Part shown: positions 54,701-63,121 of the stretch, piece after piece
How positions within the stretch are numbered: position 1 is the first letter of the stretch
How the letters are laid out: each line of letters starts with the position of its first letter
IMG/VR virus record: IMGVR_UViG_3300009104_001476
DNA length: 64,000 nucleotides
Source of the DNA: a virus
Direction: 5' to 3' (one strand)
Notes under the pieces: model-generated
Seen by the model: the letters and a program-made list of their open reading frames with translations, nothing else
What the model was told of the DNA's origin: nothing
Databases searched by the model: none
Program-made: the position numbers and the translations under genes

Positions 54701-57340
54701 CCATTCTTTTTAACATTTGCTAATGGAGTTAAGCCTAGGTGGTACTCTCGGCATTGCAACTACTTAAACGACTTTATGATTACGGGAGCTTGGTACTCTA
54801 ACATGCAGCACGTAATAAAGAAGAAGGATGAGAGTACCCCTTTACCAAGCTTAACTCCCACTCCTAGCGCTTCGGAAAAAGTAAAAACTGAAATAGAATA
54901 CTGTAAGCCTCTTTTTGCTTCTTTATATAATATAATAGCTTTTTCTCCACACGCCTTACAAGCTAATGGAGTTTATTCTTTCGAAGATGGTAGTGTCTCG
55001 ACATTGCCTAACGTGAGGAATTTTGCCATCTCTCAAAACTCTAATCATAGTTGGATAAATGCATTATTTCAGCTTGAAATGATTAGCAGAAATGAACAAA
55101 CAAACTTAGAAACTTGGAGGTTAACTTTAACGAATTGGCCAAAACTAGACGGAACACTATACCCAATCGTTGCGGGCACGGATAGCGCTTATTACATTAG
55201 TGAAGAAGTTAAAGCTAAAAGTGGCAATTTATTAGACTTTAGATTTAAAGGCAACGGTTCTGTTCTGGTAGATTTCGATGAAGACCTAAAAAATACTTGC
55301 GAGGATAAACCTATTAATCTTTGCAGTAATGTTACCAAACCAGATTATTGGTACATGCATAATAACCATATTGCAGGAATTACTCATCATAGAATGAACC
55401 TTTTTAATTCTGAAACTCTCGTTGCGGATCGGGCTGGCTGGGGACAATGGATTGGTTTCAATGCAGGGGACTTTCGACCTTATTTTAACCATCTGACGCT
55501 TTTAACGCTGAAGTATACCGCTGCCGAAACAGCTAAACATAAGATGGCCAATTTAAAGACCTTCGTAGGAGGGAATAATCCTTTCCAGCTCAATAAATAT
55601 GATTTCCAAGGACCTTGGGTAAAAAATATAAGCGATACGCGACACATAAAACTAACTGTTCATATTAATGATGTTTTCCGACATAGTATAGTAATTCCTA
55701 ATGTTAAATATTCAACCAATCACAATATGGATAACGACTTGACTCTCTTACTCTCAGGTAGTTATTATGTAGTTGATCCATTATCATATGAAGTAGAACA
55801 GGGAGATGAAGTTACCATAAGCTTGACAGTTGAGAACTCTCCGGGGCTTCTTGTAAACGGGTCGGAACATTCATTAGTAATATCGAAAGGCTCATCTACT
55901 GGGTTAAGTAAATTGAGCAACGTTGTGACGTATTGGGACTCTAACGATAACCCATTTAAAGACTTTAATACTTTACAAGGGAACAATTTGGTTAAGGCGT
56001 TTTTGCCTATTTATGGTTTATCTTATGATCAGGCAGTTGATGAAGGACTTGTTCACTTGGCGGGCTTAAGCGAGCATATAACTGCGATATCGGATAATAA
56101 TGGCCAATTAGTCAATATCCTGCCGGGGGCCAGCCCCGGGGACGTGAGCGGCGTCTTGGTTATAGATACGTATGAAGACTTGTTCTTTTCCGCGTCAAAT
56201 ATGGAAGTGGGAGATACGGTAAATTTAAACGCGAACGTGTACCCGGGCCTAAAGAGACTATTTAATAACGTGTCAGGATTACAGGGGGTCGTTAAATATA
56301 AATTTGGAATTTTATATGTGATAAGTTGGACCTTGAATACGAACGGCAGTAGAGCTAAGAAAACTCTTTCCGAGATTAGACGTTTTGACAGCGCGAGGGC
56401 TCATTGGAAGTTCTTAAACTATGATAAATGCACAAGCGGTACTAATCCCGGCGTTAGCCCAAGTTTAGGAATTACTCCTACGCCTTCTCCAACACCATCT
56501 CTTAATTTAAATACGAGACCTGATCCATGCAATAATACATATTCAGCAGAAGGCGTTACGTTTACCGCAAACGACACCACCGTTTTACATGGTGGGACCT
56601 TGCCTGTTCGTAGCGGTCAGGCAATTACTGTTAGGTGGCCAGACGGTCAAACAAGTGGAGGTCTTGCCGCGTTGGGAGGTCTTGGGAGGCCAAATATTAA
56701 TCAGTTCCTTCCTAGTTGCAATCCAGACGGAACTTATCATATAAGGTTAGCTGCTAAGCCTACGGAAGTTGAAGACTACCTTAGGGATTGTATGGGACCA
56801 GACTGCACGGGCACCTATGGCACTGCTTGCCCTCATTACGTATGTATAGACGGTAAAACTGTCAGAGAGTATACTTTTTATCACGTGGCTGGTAAATCCT
56901 CATATGAATTTTGGTGTTCAATTGGGCCTGACAAAAAACTCTTTAGTAAAGCCACGCTTAACGTGGCCGAATCTTCGTCAGCAGGGTGCGAAGCAAATGA
57001 CCCTGCGACAATGACTGCAAGGCTGGCAGGACCTTGGATGGGAGATAGACCTCCGTATAAATGTCAGGGGGGCGGAGTCTACGCTGACGGTCCTTTCTCA
57101 TGGGCCGATACTGCAGCACAGGGGAGTTTCCCGAAGTGGGTTGGACCTCTATGCGAGTTGGAATGTTTATCCGGAAGGTTTTCTTCTATACAAGTTTGGC
57201 AATTAACCGTATCAGGATGGTCGTATTGTAAAGGGCCCGAATATGTCGCCATAGCTGAAAAGGCCCCAGATGAGGATTCGATAACTTTTAATATAGGATC
57301 AGGAACTATTGAGATAGGATTTCATAAAGTCTGCCCTTAA
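51725..57340 (+). CDS. 1871 aa multidomain virion/adhesin protein with Pro/Thr/Ser linkers and a LamG-like domain
   Basis: PTPTPS linkers between Cys-bracketed domains; DFTIEAVVK...FHIVLNRSG...LFVNG. Confidence 0.75.
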   Translation: MISNVNIQSESITDILSAPLGVHYVIYCVYFCNKSDTKEETVTIHLADGSTSSFNSETTILKEVIIPPGETFVLGSSKKLSNVVHYMKKRGIEENKIYLNPGETLAASSSGLNVVASPIYYKFGEEERDNPIESPTPTPSVTPSSGVISEFCPCNRNPNDQYQYSDYAHVNTGNNFFLVPYNDTISPHATSGKTIFKAGDCIWYKTRPFGTIEHQTPTWINKVGRVEGPVYHGNDPYYKIILYERLPERLVVGTQIYRCDSSVHGLTPTPTSSITPTPSVTPSKVTPSATPTNSTTPSATPSVTPSNTPTNSRTPTTTPTPTASEPVLGCEIEVSGAPISIINGLYEPAGTHNVWGSTRTYYRQVWPENTPSKAGAHESRYFKMWHDSVRWIVGRFLGTPGLGNEWIQSQDTQAVHPWSAPWGHSYPLPSWGTSVSQVICPTPSVTPSVTPTNTPTNSVTPSNTPSVSLSSSPGSSPSNTPSNTPSNTPSNTPSNTPSNTPSNTPSSTPSITPTSSMTLCSCTTAAWHPDSSIADPAPHDLYEAASGNSGSHTIEMPWGTVAAPGHVHPVLKEGDCVYFRQPSGPNPNGRFGNGPFYFRKIISRSNPDPHGQGGYRTFTIDAPLPFNLWNSGWGTQVHLCGSSTLVPTPTPSPTPPPTPSTVPPSNCDPFASYVTIAIDNDQPSTWGPGKLNDLTGNNTVYDASVGRWFPAGDTLGSFTRKDFTIEAVVKNPASGNGILSQWYSREQTGNCFIMYFYPWPRLWVETPFGLIQGKTDFSGGGEFHIVLNRSGQNIDLFVNGELDTHLERSRSYPWPACDSNYRASIGGFGRNEENNTVWGNGDPVTKLRVTKGVARYDLNNIKAGSLEFLTRPISVKSCDGTVEGVDCGVFEHTATKTLYTLSNSSFNYDTLSEYNSRRDADVQSDMPAGWEPADWSDFASFTKQDFINLINVIGPCHSNDPMDYEAAVNTVGSDYEWNLGWVGKCSTANSQFPFFLTFANGVKPRWYSRHCNYLNDFMITGAWYSNMQHVIKKKDESTPLPSLTPTPSASEKVKTEIEYCKPLFASLYNIIAFSPHALQANGVYSFEDGSVSTLPNVRNFAISQNSNHSWINALFQLEMISRNEQTNLETWRLTLTNWPKLDGTLYPIVAGTDSAYYISEEVKAKSGNLLDFRFKGNGSVLVDFDEDLKNTCEDKPINLCSNVTKPDYWYMHNNHIAGITHHRMNLFNSETLVADRAGWGQWIGFNAGDFRPYFNHLTLLTLKYTAAETAKHKMANLKTFVGGNNPFQLNKYDFQGPWVKNISDTRHIKLTVHINDVFRHSIVIPNVKYSTNHNMDNDLTLLLSGSYYVVDPLSYEVEQGDEVTISLTVENSPGLLVNGSEHSLVISKGSSTGLSKLSNVVTYWDSNDNPFKDFNTLQGNNLVKAFLPIYGLSYDQAVDEGLVHLAGLSEHITAISDNNGQLVNILPGASPGDVSGVLVIDTYEDLFFSASNMEVGDTVNLNANVYPGLKRLFNNVSGLQGVVKYKFGILYVISWTLNTNGSRAKKTLSEIRRFDSARAHWKFLNYDKCTSGTNPGVSPSLGITPTPSPTPSLNLNTRPDPCNNTYSAEGVTFTANDTTVLHGGTLPVRSGQAITVRWPDGQTSGGLAALGGLGRPNINQFLPSCNPDGTYHIRLAAKPTEVEDYLRDCMGPDCTGTYGTACPHYVCIDGKTVREYTFYHVAGKSSYEFWCSIGPDKKLFSKATLNVAESSSAGCEANDPATMTARLAGPWMGDRPPYKCQGGGVYADGPFSWADTAAQGSFPKWVGPLCELECLSGRFSSIQVWQLTVSGWSYCKGPEYVAIAEKAPDEDSITFNIGSGTIEIGFHKVCP
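53156..53251 (+). repeat. 12 bp coding tandem repeat (SNTP x7 plus SSTP)
   Basis: AGTAATACTCCA / AGTAATACCCCG units. Confidence 0.92.
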
Positions 57341-57379
57341 TTTTAGACTTTTAGATATTGAAGTGTATAATATTTTATA

Positions 57380-57598
57380 GGTTGGCCACATTGGGTGAAT
57401 TCGGTGGAACTCTCTTTTTAGAGACAATACCGAGCCAAGCCAGAGGGGGTATTGATACTCTGGAAGGTGTAGAGACTAGGCGGTGAGACCCGACAATAAC
57501 CCGCCCACGAGCGCCCAACGCTATCTAGTGAAGATATAGTCCGAACTATACGGTGACGTATAGAAGCTGCAATTAAAAAACCAGCGATAACATAAATG
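57380..57598 (+). ncRNA. group I intron/ribozyme core (IA-like, ORF-less), permuted relative to its 5' splice site
   Basis: P3 TTGGGTG/CGCCCAA; P4 TTCGGT/ACCGAG; P6; P7 GACTA/TAGTC; J8/7 AAGATA; P7.1 GGCGG/CCGCC; P8; P9 CTATAC/GTATAG; omega-G at 57598. Confidence 0.9.
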
Positions 57599-57674
57599 GA
57601 CCGTGGAGTTGAGCCAGTGTACAAATCTGTGCTAATGGCCCGTGCAGAGGTGTAACTCAAACTTCATGTCGGCT
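57599..57674 (+). ncRNA. 76 nt structured exon, predicted circular RNA product
   Basis: Lies between omega-G 57598 and the U.G wobble U57674; folds by hand into a rod. Confidence 0.7.
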
Positions 57675-57685
57675 GACAATTAACG

Positions 57686-57724
57686 GTCGTTAAGGCTTGA
57701 AAGAGCTTTAACGGCTTATTTTTT
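57686..57724 (+). terminator. 13 bp GAAA hairpin plus U-tract closing the ribozyme transcript
   Basis: GTCGTTAAGGCTT-GAAA-GAGCTTTAACGGC-TTATTTTTT. Confidence 0.8.
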
Positions 57725-57756
57725 GGAAAAACATAAAATTAAAAATATAATATAAT

Positions 57757-58134
57757 ATGAAGAAAAAGAGCGCAAAAAAGTCTAAAAAAAACACCAAGCT
57801 AAAGTCTTTATCTCAGACTCACGGTAAACAAGAGACAGATTTTCAACCAACCACTTTGGACCAAATTTGGGGAGATGATGGGGTGGCTAAATATGGGACT
57901 TTAAACGAAGAAGAGTATAATAGGCAAATCCAAAACATGCATTTTTCGGACCTAAGAACTCATGCAGCAGATATTGGCTTAATTCCTGTGGATGATAGAG
58001 AGCTGCTTACTAAAAGAGTTTTATCTGAATTTAGAAGGCATCGTAATAATTATACGGTTCCGGCCGATGACGTCAATGGGCCAGAGCCAGAGATTAGCGA
58101 AAAAGCTAGAAAGATATTAGAAGAAGGTAAATAA
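57757..58134 (+). CDS. hypothetical protein
   Basis: ORF in the structural block. Confidence 0.65.
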   Translation: MKKKSAKKSKKNTKLKSLSQTHGKQETDFQPTTLDQIWGDDGVAKYGTLNEEEYNRQIQNMHFSDLRTHAADIGLIPVDDRELLTKRVLSEFRRHRNNYTVPADDVNGPEPEISEKARKILEEGK

Positions 58135-58196
58135 TTTTTTTAAGTTAACATAGGCTAAGAAGAGTGTAATATTTAATGTTATACTCTTTTTTTATT

Positions 58197-58529
58197 ATGC
58201 CTAGTACTATAGATTTACAAATAACCCAAGGTAATGATTTTAATGCTACTTTAGTTGTCTTCAACGACTTTGGAGAAGTTGTTGATTTAACTGATTATGT
58301 TGTTAGGGGGCTAGTAAAAAATAGATATGGAGACTCTGAGGCTCTGTTCGATTTAGCTCCTACTATCATTGATGCTGCTAAGGGCGAAGTGGCCGTCTCT
58401 TTGTCTCCTAGCGTTACGAAAGATTTTCCAGTAGGCCAGTTTCATTTTGGGATCGAAGTACAAAAAGGAGATATAGCTTTTAAACCTTCAACTGGGAATA
58501 TACTAGTAATACCAGAGGTGAACTCATAA
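58197..58529 (+). CDS. BppU N-terminal-like/baseplate adaptor domain protein
   Basis: DLQITQGNDF...VDLTDY...GEVAVSLSPSVT pattern. Confidence 0.55.
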   Translation: MPSTIDLQITQGNDFNATLVVFNDFGEVVDLTDYVVRGLVKNRYGDSEALFDLAPTIIDAAKGEVAVSLSPSVTKDFPVGQFHFGIEVQKGDIAFKPSTGNILVIPEVNS

Positions 58530-58538
58530 GGATATAAA

Positions 58539-61500
58539 ATGTCATCAGCATCATGGTTTACAAATAGATCTGGAAACGTAGCTGGGGGATCCTCTAACGA
58601 GGCGGTTGGACCTACCGGGCCTACAGGAGCTACTGGAGCTACTGGAGCTACAGGGGCCACGGGCGCGACCGGGGCTACGGGGACGGATGGGCTCGCAGGC
58701 GCAGGAGTAACTTGGAAAGGAACTTGGTCTGACGCTACATCTTATGTGGCTAATGATGTAGTTTATTATAACGGCACTGCTTACATTTCTATACTTGCTG
58801 GAACTAACAAGCAACCAAATACGGAAACGACTTATTGGGATGCTTATACCGCTGGTATAACTGGCCCAGCCGGAGCGACAGGAGCCGCTGGACCCACAGG
58901 GGCGGCTAGTACTGCTCTCGGTCCTACAGGAAGTATCGGTGCAACAGGAGCAACAGGCTCTATTGGTCGATTTGGGGGCAATAGTCAAAGATTTAAATTT
59001 AGCGACAGCATTTTAGATAGCGACCCCGGAAACGGCACATTAAGATTAAATCATGCGACTATACCTAACGTAACAAAAATTTTCTTAGACGATGCTGATG
59101 CTTCTGGGGTGGGCGTAGAAAACTGGATAGGAACCTTAGACGATAATTCAACAAATTCTAAAAGAGGAAGCTTAACTTTATTTGACGAAGTCGATCCGAA
59201 TAATTATGTAATATTCTATATTAACGGAGAAAACGAAACAGAAACAGGCTATAAGAAAATCAATGTTTCTCACGTAGCTAATTACGGATCGTTCACGAAT
59301 GATAACGTCCTCGTTTTAAGTTTCGTGGCTTTTGGAGAAAAAGGCGACGTAGGTTCCGCGGGAGACGCAGGCGTAACCGGAGCAACTGGTCCTACCGGAG
59401 CAACAGGCGGATTAGGCGCAACTGGCTCTACCGGTGAAAAGGGAGCCACGGGGGCGGCTAGTACTGTAATCGGACCAAAGGGTCCAGCAGGTCCTACTGG
59501 GGCAATTGGGCCCACAGGCTCTGTGGGAGCTACGGGAGAAGGAGATAAATATGCTACAACCTCGAGTTCTTCTTTATCTATAACTACTGGCTCAATCAGT
59601 TTAACAGTCGGAACAAGTCTTTCTTACTCTGTCGGTCAATCCGCTATCATTGCCTATAACTCCAGCAATCAAATGTCTGGAGCGGTCACTTCTTACGATT
59701 CTTCAACTGGAGTCTTAGTGGTCAATGTAACTTCTCTTACTGGGTCCGGCTCTTATGGCGTTTGGTCGGTTAACCTTAGTGGCGCAGCGGGACCCGCAGG
59801 GCCACAAGGGGAAGACGGCATTGCTGGTCCAAGCGGCCCAATAGGGCCCACTGGATTATTAGGTGGACTTACTTATCTAATAACGGTTCAATCTAAAAGC
59901 TCTGCTCACCCTCATTATGGGGAGGGTTATTCTTCGGGTTTTGTAGTAAACGGAACAGAAGGTAAACCTTTGAATTTAATAAGGGGATATACTTACTATT
60001 TTGACTTATCTCATTCCTCTAATACTAGTAGGCTATATATTTCGACAAGTTCTGAAGGTGGGGGGCTTAATCAGCCGGGCGAGGTGACTTCAGGAGTCAC
60101 GACTTCTGGAACAGCTGGAACAGATTATATTCTAACTTATACTGTCCCTATTGATGCTCCCGACACTTTATATTACTGGAGCGCTGCGGCGTCATACATG
60201 GGTGGAGCGATTTCTGTAGGAGACTTTGGGCCAACTGGGCCTACTGGCGAGGCAGGGCCTACTGGCGGGATAGGCGTTACGGGACCAACGGGTCCCGCAA
60301 GTACTGCTCTCGGTCCTACTGGAATAGCTGGGCCAATTGGTAACACCGGAGCAACAGGACCCACGGGCCCAACTGGAGCGGTTGGTGGTGCCGGAGCTAC
60401 GGGAGCCGATGGGGATGCAGGACCTACAGGAGCTACAGGAGCTACAGGAGCAGTGGGTCCCGAGGGGGATGCTGGCCCGACAGGACCAATAGGAAATACT
60501 GGTGCTGTTGGCCCTGAGGGTGCCGTCGGAGAAGCTGGCCCTACGGGTGCAGCGGGTGACGAGCCAGTAGTGGTTAACTATTCTGTTAAAATCGTAGACA
60601 GCAAGTACCTCATAACTCAAGAGGGCGAGGGTTGGACCTCTAATTCTATACTTAAAATATATAAAGGCTTCACTTATGAATTTGATTTGTCTGACAGTTC
60701 TAACTCGGGCAAAACGTTTAAGCTTTCCGCGGATCCAGATGGAACGCACTCTTCGGGTATGGAATGGACTACCGGCGTAACAGTTACGGGAACGTCAGGG
60801 TCCTCAGGAGCTAAACTAAGATTTAAAGTCCCTCACGTAGTTCCAAATATTTTATATTATTACTCTAAAGAGCTACCCGCCGCTGGAGGAACTGGATATA
60901 TAAACGTTTCTGTAATTTCTACAGGAGCTACAGGCGCAACTGGAGCTACAGGGAGCACGGGAGCTGCAGGCGCAACTGGAGCTACGGGGAGCACAGGAGC
61001 TACAGGCGCAACTGGAGCTACGGGGAGCACAGGAGCTACAGGCGCAACTGGGGCTACAGGAGCCACAGGAGTGGACGGCCTTCAGGGGGTAGCGGGAGCA
61101 GTCGAGCATGTAATTACCGTAGACAGCTCAGCCATGGTTGTAAATGGAATAATAAGAGATACATTACATTTATTAAAAGGTTATACTTATTATTTTAAAG
61201 AGACACACTCTTCTACGGCTGGGCATCAAATTTATATAGCTACCTCTCCCGGAGGAGAAGGAGCAAACCCATACAATTATGGACATAGTTATTCTGGAAC
61301 AGCTGGAACAGACGGAAACCTTACCTTCACTGTTCCTCATGATGCTCCTGCAATTTTATATTATGAATGTCTTCATCACCCCAACATGGGTGGAACTTTA
61401 ACTATATCTGACGAAGGTCCGACAGGCCCCACGGGAACGAAAGGAGAAACAGGGGCGACAGGGACAAAAGGAGAAGATGGGAAAGTGGGAAATACTGGCC

Positions 61501-62147
61501 CTGCAGGCGCAGCTAGCACTGAACCCGGTCCTACTGGGTCTACAGGACCTACAGGCGCGGTGGGCATGGGCGGATCAGGGGGGACGACCCCAACTATTTC
61601 AACAAAAGGTATAGAGGCGTATGTCGGGAATAGCCTATGTTTTAACCCGTTCGAGTCTTCCGAACAATTTCATGTTAATAACTCTCTGGGGGAAACATTA
61701 AATTCTCTTCAAATTATAAATCACGGAGGTTTTATACCAGAGCCTTGCGAAATCGGATCGTACAAAGCTTATATAGTCAGTAGTGATTTAGATAGTTCTA
61801 GCGCTTGCTCTATTACAATTTATAAAAATGGGGTTTCTACAGGTATTACGAGTGTAGTAAACGGTTCCTCATACGCAGGCCAAACAGTTCATTTAATTAA
61901 CGAAACGAGTGGCCAACCAAACAGTTTGAATTTATCGGCTGGAGATAAAATAACGGCCGTTTGTGTTTGTAGTGGAGTAGAGAACAGTAGAGGGGTTATC
62001 TTTAAACTTTCCGGAGTAACTTCAGTAGGCGTAGGTCCAACAGGCCCAGCCGGAGACGCAGGCGCAGGTGGAAATACTGGTCCCACAGGGGCTACTGGGA
62101 GTGTAAATACCAGTGATATTATAAAATATACCTTAATTTTTGGATAA
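58539..62147 (+). CDS. collagen-like fibre protein with repeated globular modules
   Basis: Extensive G-X-Y (GAT/GPT) tracts, an N-terminal [17 protein letters not shown] module, and three related beta modules. Confidence 0.85.
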   Translation: MSSASWFTNRSGNVAGGSSNEAVGPTGPTGATGATGATGATGATGATGTDGLAGAGVTWKGTWSDATSYVANDVVYYNGTAYISILAGTNKQPNTETTYWDAYTAGITGPAGATGAAGPTGAASTALGPTGSIGATGATGSIGRFGGNSQRFKFSDSILDSDPGNGTLRLNHATIPNVTKIFLDDADASGVGVENWIGTLDDNSTNSKRGSLTLFDEVDPNNYVIFYINGENETETGYKKINVSHVANYGSFTNDNVLVLSFVAFGEKGDVGSAGDAGVTGATGPTGATGGLGATGSTGEKGATGAASTVIGPKGPAGPTGAIGPTGSVGATGEGDKYATTSSSSLSITTGSISLTVGTSLSYSVGQSAIIAYNSSNQMSGAVTSYDSSTGVLVVNVTSLTGSGSYGVWSVNLSGAAGPAGPQGEDGIAGPSGPIGPTGLLGGLTYLITVQSKSSAHPHYGEGYSSGFVVNGTEGKPLNLIRGYTYYFDLSHSSNTSRLYISTSSEGGGLNQPGEVTSGVTTSGTAGTDYILTYTVPIDAPDTLYYWSAAASYMGGAISVGDFGPTGPTGEAGPTGGIGVTGPTGPASTALGPTGIAGPIGNTGATGPTGPTGAVGGAGATGADGDAGPTGATGATGAVGPEGDAGPTGPIGNTGAVGPEGAVGEAGPTGAAGDEPVVVNYSVKIVDSKYLITQEGEGWTSNSILKIYKGFTYEFDLSDSSNSGKTFKLSADPDGTHSSGMEWTTGVTVTGTSGSSGAKLRFKVPHVVPNILYYYSKELPAAGGTGYINVSVISTGATGATGATGSTGAAGATGATGSTGATGATGATGSTGATGATGATGATGVDGLQGVAGAVEHVITVDSSAMVVNGIIRDTLHLLKGYTYYFKETHSSTAGHQIYIATSPGGEGANPYNYGHSYSGTAGTDGNLTFTVPHDAPAILYYECLHHPNMGGTLTISDEGPTGPTGTKGETGATGTKGEDGKVGNTGPAGAASTEPGPTGSTGPTGAVGMGGSGGTTPTISTKGIEAYVGNSLCFNPFESSEQFHVNNSLGETLNSLQIINHGGFIPEPCEIGSYKAYIVSSDLDSSSACSITIYKNGVSTGITSVVNGSSYAGQTVHLINETSGQPNSLNLSAGDKITAVCVCSGVENSRGVIFKLSGVTSVGVGPTGPAGDAGAGGNTGPTGATGSVNTSDIIKYTLIFG
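60921..61070 (+). repeat. 9/27 bp tandem repeats encoding GAT/GST collagen triplets
   Basis: GGAGCTACAGGCGCAACTGGAGCTAC repeated. Confidence 0.85.
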
Positions 62148-62151
62148 TTAT

Positions 62152-62475
62152 ATGATTGCTAATACTATAATTAATAATACAGCTACAGATATTCTAGAGA
62201 CCCCTGTAGATTCAGCTATAACTGCGTATGCGGGGGTTGGGATGTTTTTCTGTAATGCCGGCGCAACTAATGAAAGTATTAATATTTATGCGGTCCCTAG
62301 TGGTCAAGTAGCTTCGGAAAATAACATGGTTATTAAAGACTTAACCGTGGTCACTGGAGACACATATGAATTTAGTGCTGAAAAATTTTTATTAAATAAG
62401 GGAGAAAGTCTTGTGGCCAGTGGCCAAAATGGGGGTTTAATATCAGCAACAATTACTTATACGGATATAACATAA
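62152..62475 (+). CDS. small virion structural protein
   Basis: FCNAG...INIYAVPSG...IKDLTV...FLLNKGESL pattern; similar to the N-terminus of 51725. Confidence 0.6.
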   Translation: MIANTIINNTATDILETPVDSAITAYAGVGMFFCNAGATNESINIYAVPSGQVASENNMVIKDLTVVTGDTYEFSAEKFLLNKGESLVASGQNGGLISATITYTDIT

Positions 62476-62476
62476 A

Positions 62477-62731
62477 ATGTCTAGCTTTATAAATAAACAA
62501 GGAAGCGACTTAACAGGTCCAGTAGGATCTGCAGGACCCACCGGACCTACTGGCGCTGATGGTCAGTCGGGTAACACAGGAGCTGCTGGCTCCACAGGCG
62601 CTACGGGAGCTACGGGTGCTGATGGTGCGCAAGGCAATACAGGGGCTACTGGCGCTGATGGTGCGCAAGGAGAGACTGGTCCGGCTGGAGTAGCTGCTAT
62701 CAGCGTATTAGAATTACAAATTTTTAGTTAA
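62477..62731 (+). CDS. short collagen-like protein
   Basis: G-X-Y repeats. Confidence 0.75.
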   Translation: MSSFINKQGSDLTGPVGSAGPTGPTGADGQSGNTGAAGSTGATGATGADGAQGNTGATGADGAQGETGPAGVAAISVLELQIFS

Positions 62732-62745
62732 AAGGAATTTAAACA

Positions 62746-63102
62746 ATGGCAACATTCACAAAACATAAATTAAGTGGATCTACAGATGGTAAAGGGGTCA
62801 AGGTGACATCTAATCTCGCAGGCTCGGGAGTAACGGTACACACTGCCGTCACAGGGACTACAGATTTCGATGAAGTATGGTTGTATGCATATAATTCAGA
62901 CTCTGCAAGCGTTAACGTAACTGTAGAGTTTGGAGGAACAACTTCTCCTGATAATACTATCACTCAGTCTGTTCCTGCTCAATCAGGACTATATTTATTG
63001 ATACCGGGTTTTCCCTTGCAAAACTCAGCTGTAATTTCAGCTTATGCTAGCAAGCAAAACGTGGTTTCTTTATATGGTTTTGTTAATAGGATTGATCAGT
63101 AA
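62746..63102 (+). CDS. virion structural protein
   Basis: LSGSTDGKG, DEVWLYAYN and GFVNRI pattern. Confidence 0.65.
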   Translation: MATFTKHKLSGSTDGKGVKVTSNLAGSGVTVHTAVTGTTDFDEVWLYAYNSDSASVNVTVEFGGTTSPDNTITQSVPAQSGLYLLIPGFPLQNSAVISAYASKQNVVSLYGFVNRIDQ

Positions 63103-63121
63103 TAGAGAGTAAACTCTTAAA

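Noticed and set aside
57320-57398. Conventional cis-splicing layout for the group I intron, with 5' exon, P1 and P2 upstream of P3
   Set aside because: The upstream hairpins I could form (AAGTCT/AGACTT, ATATT/AATAT, TATAA/TTATA) contain no U.G pair in splice-site geometry, and joining them to 57599 restores no ORF or known RNA. The downstream strand gives P1, P10 and omega-G together.
57418-57660. 80 aa minus-strand ORF as an intron-encoded endonuclease
   Set aside because: It is antisense to the ribozyme and has no LAGLIDADG, GIY-YIG or HNH motif.
57599-57674. 76 nt exon as a tRNA
   Set aside because: The length is coincidental: no cloverleaf, no GTTCRA T-loop, no CCA.
52864-62086. Long minus-strand ORFs such as GVLLGVLL and PVAPVAPV repeats
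   Set aside because: They are shadow frames of the Thr/Pro and collagen repeats on the plus strand.
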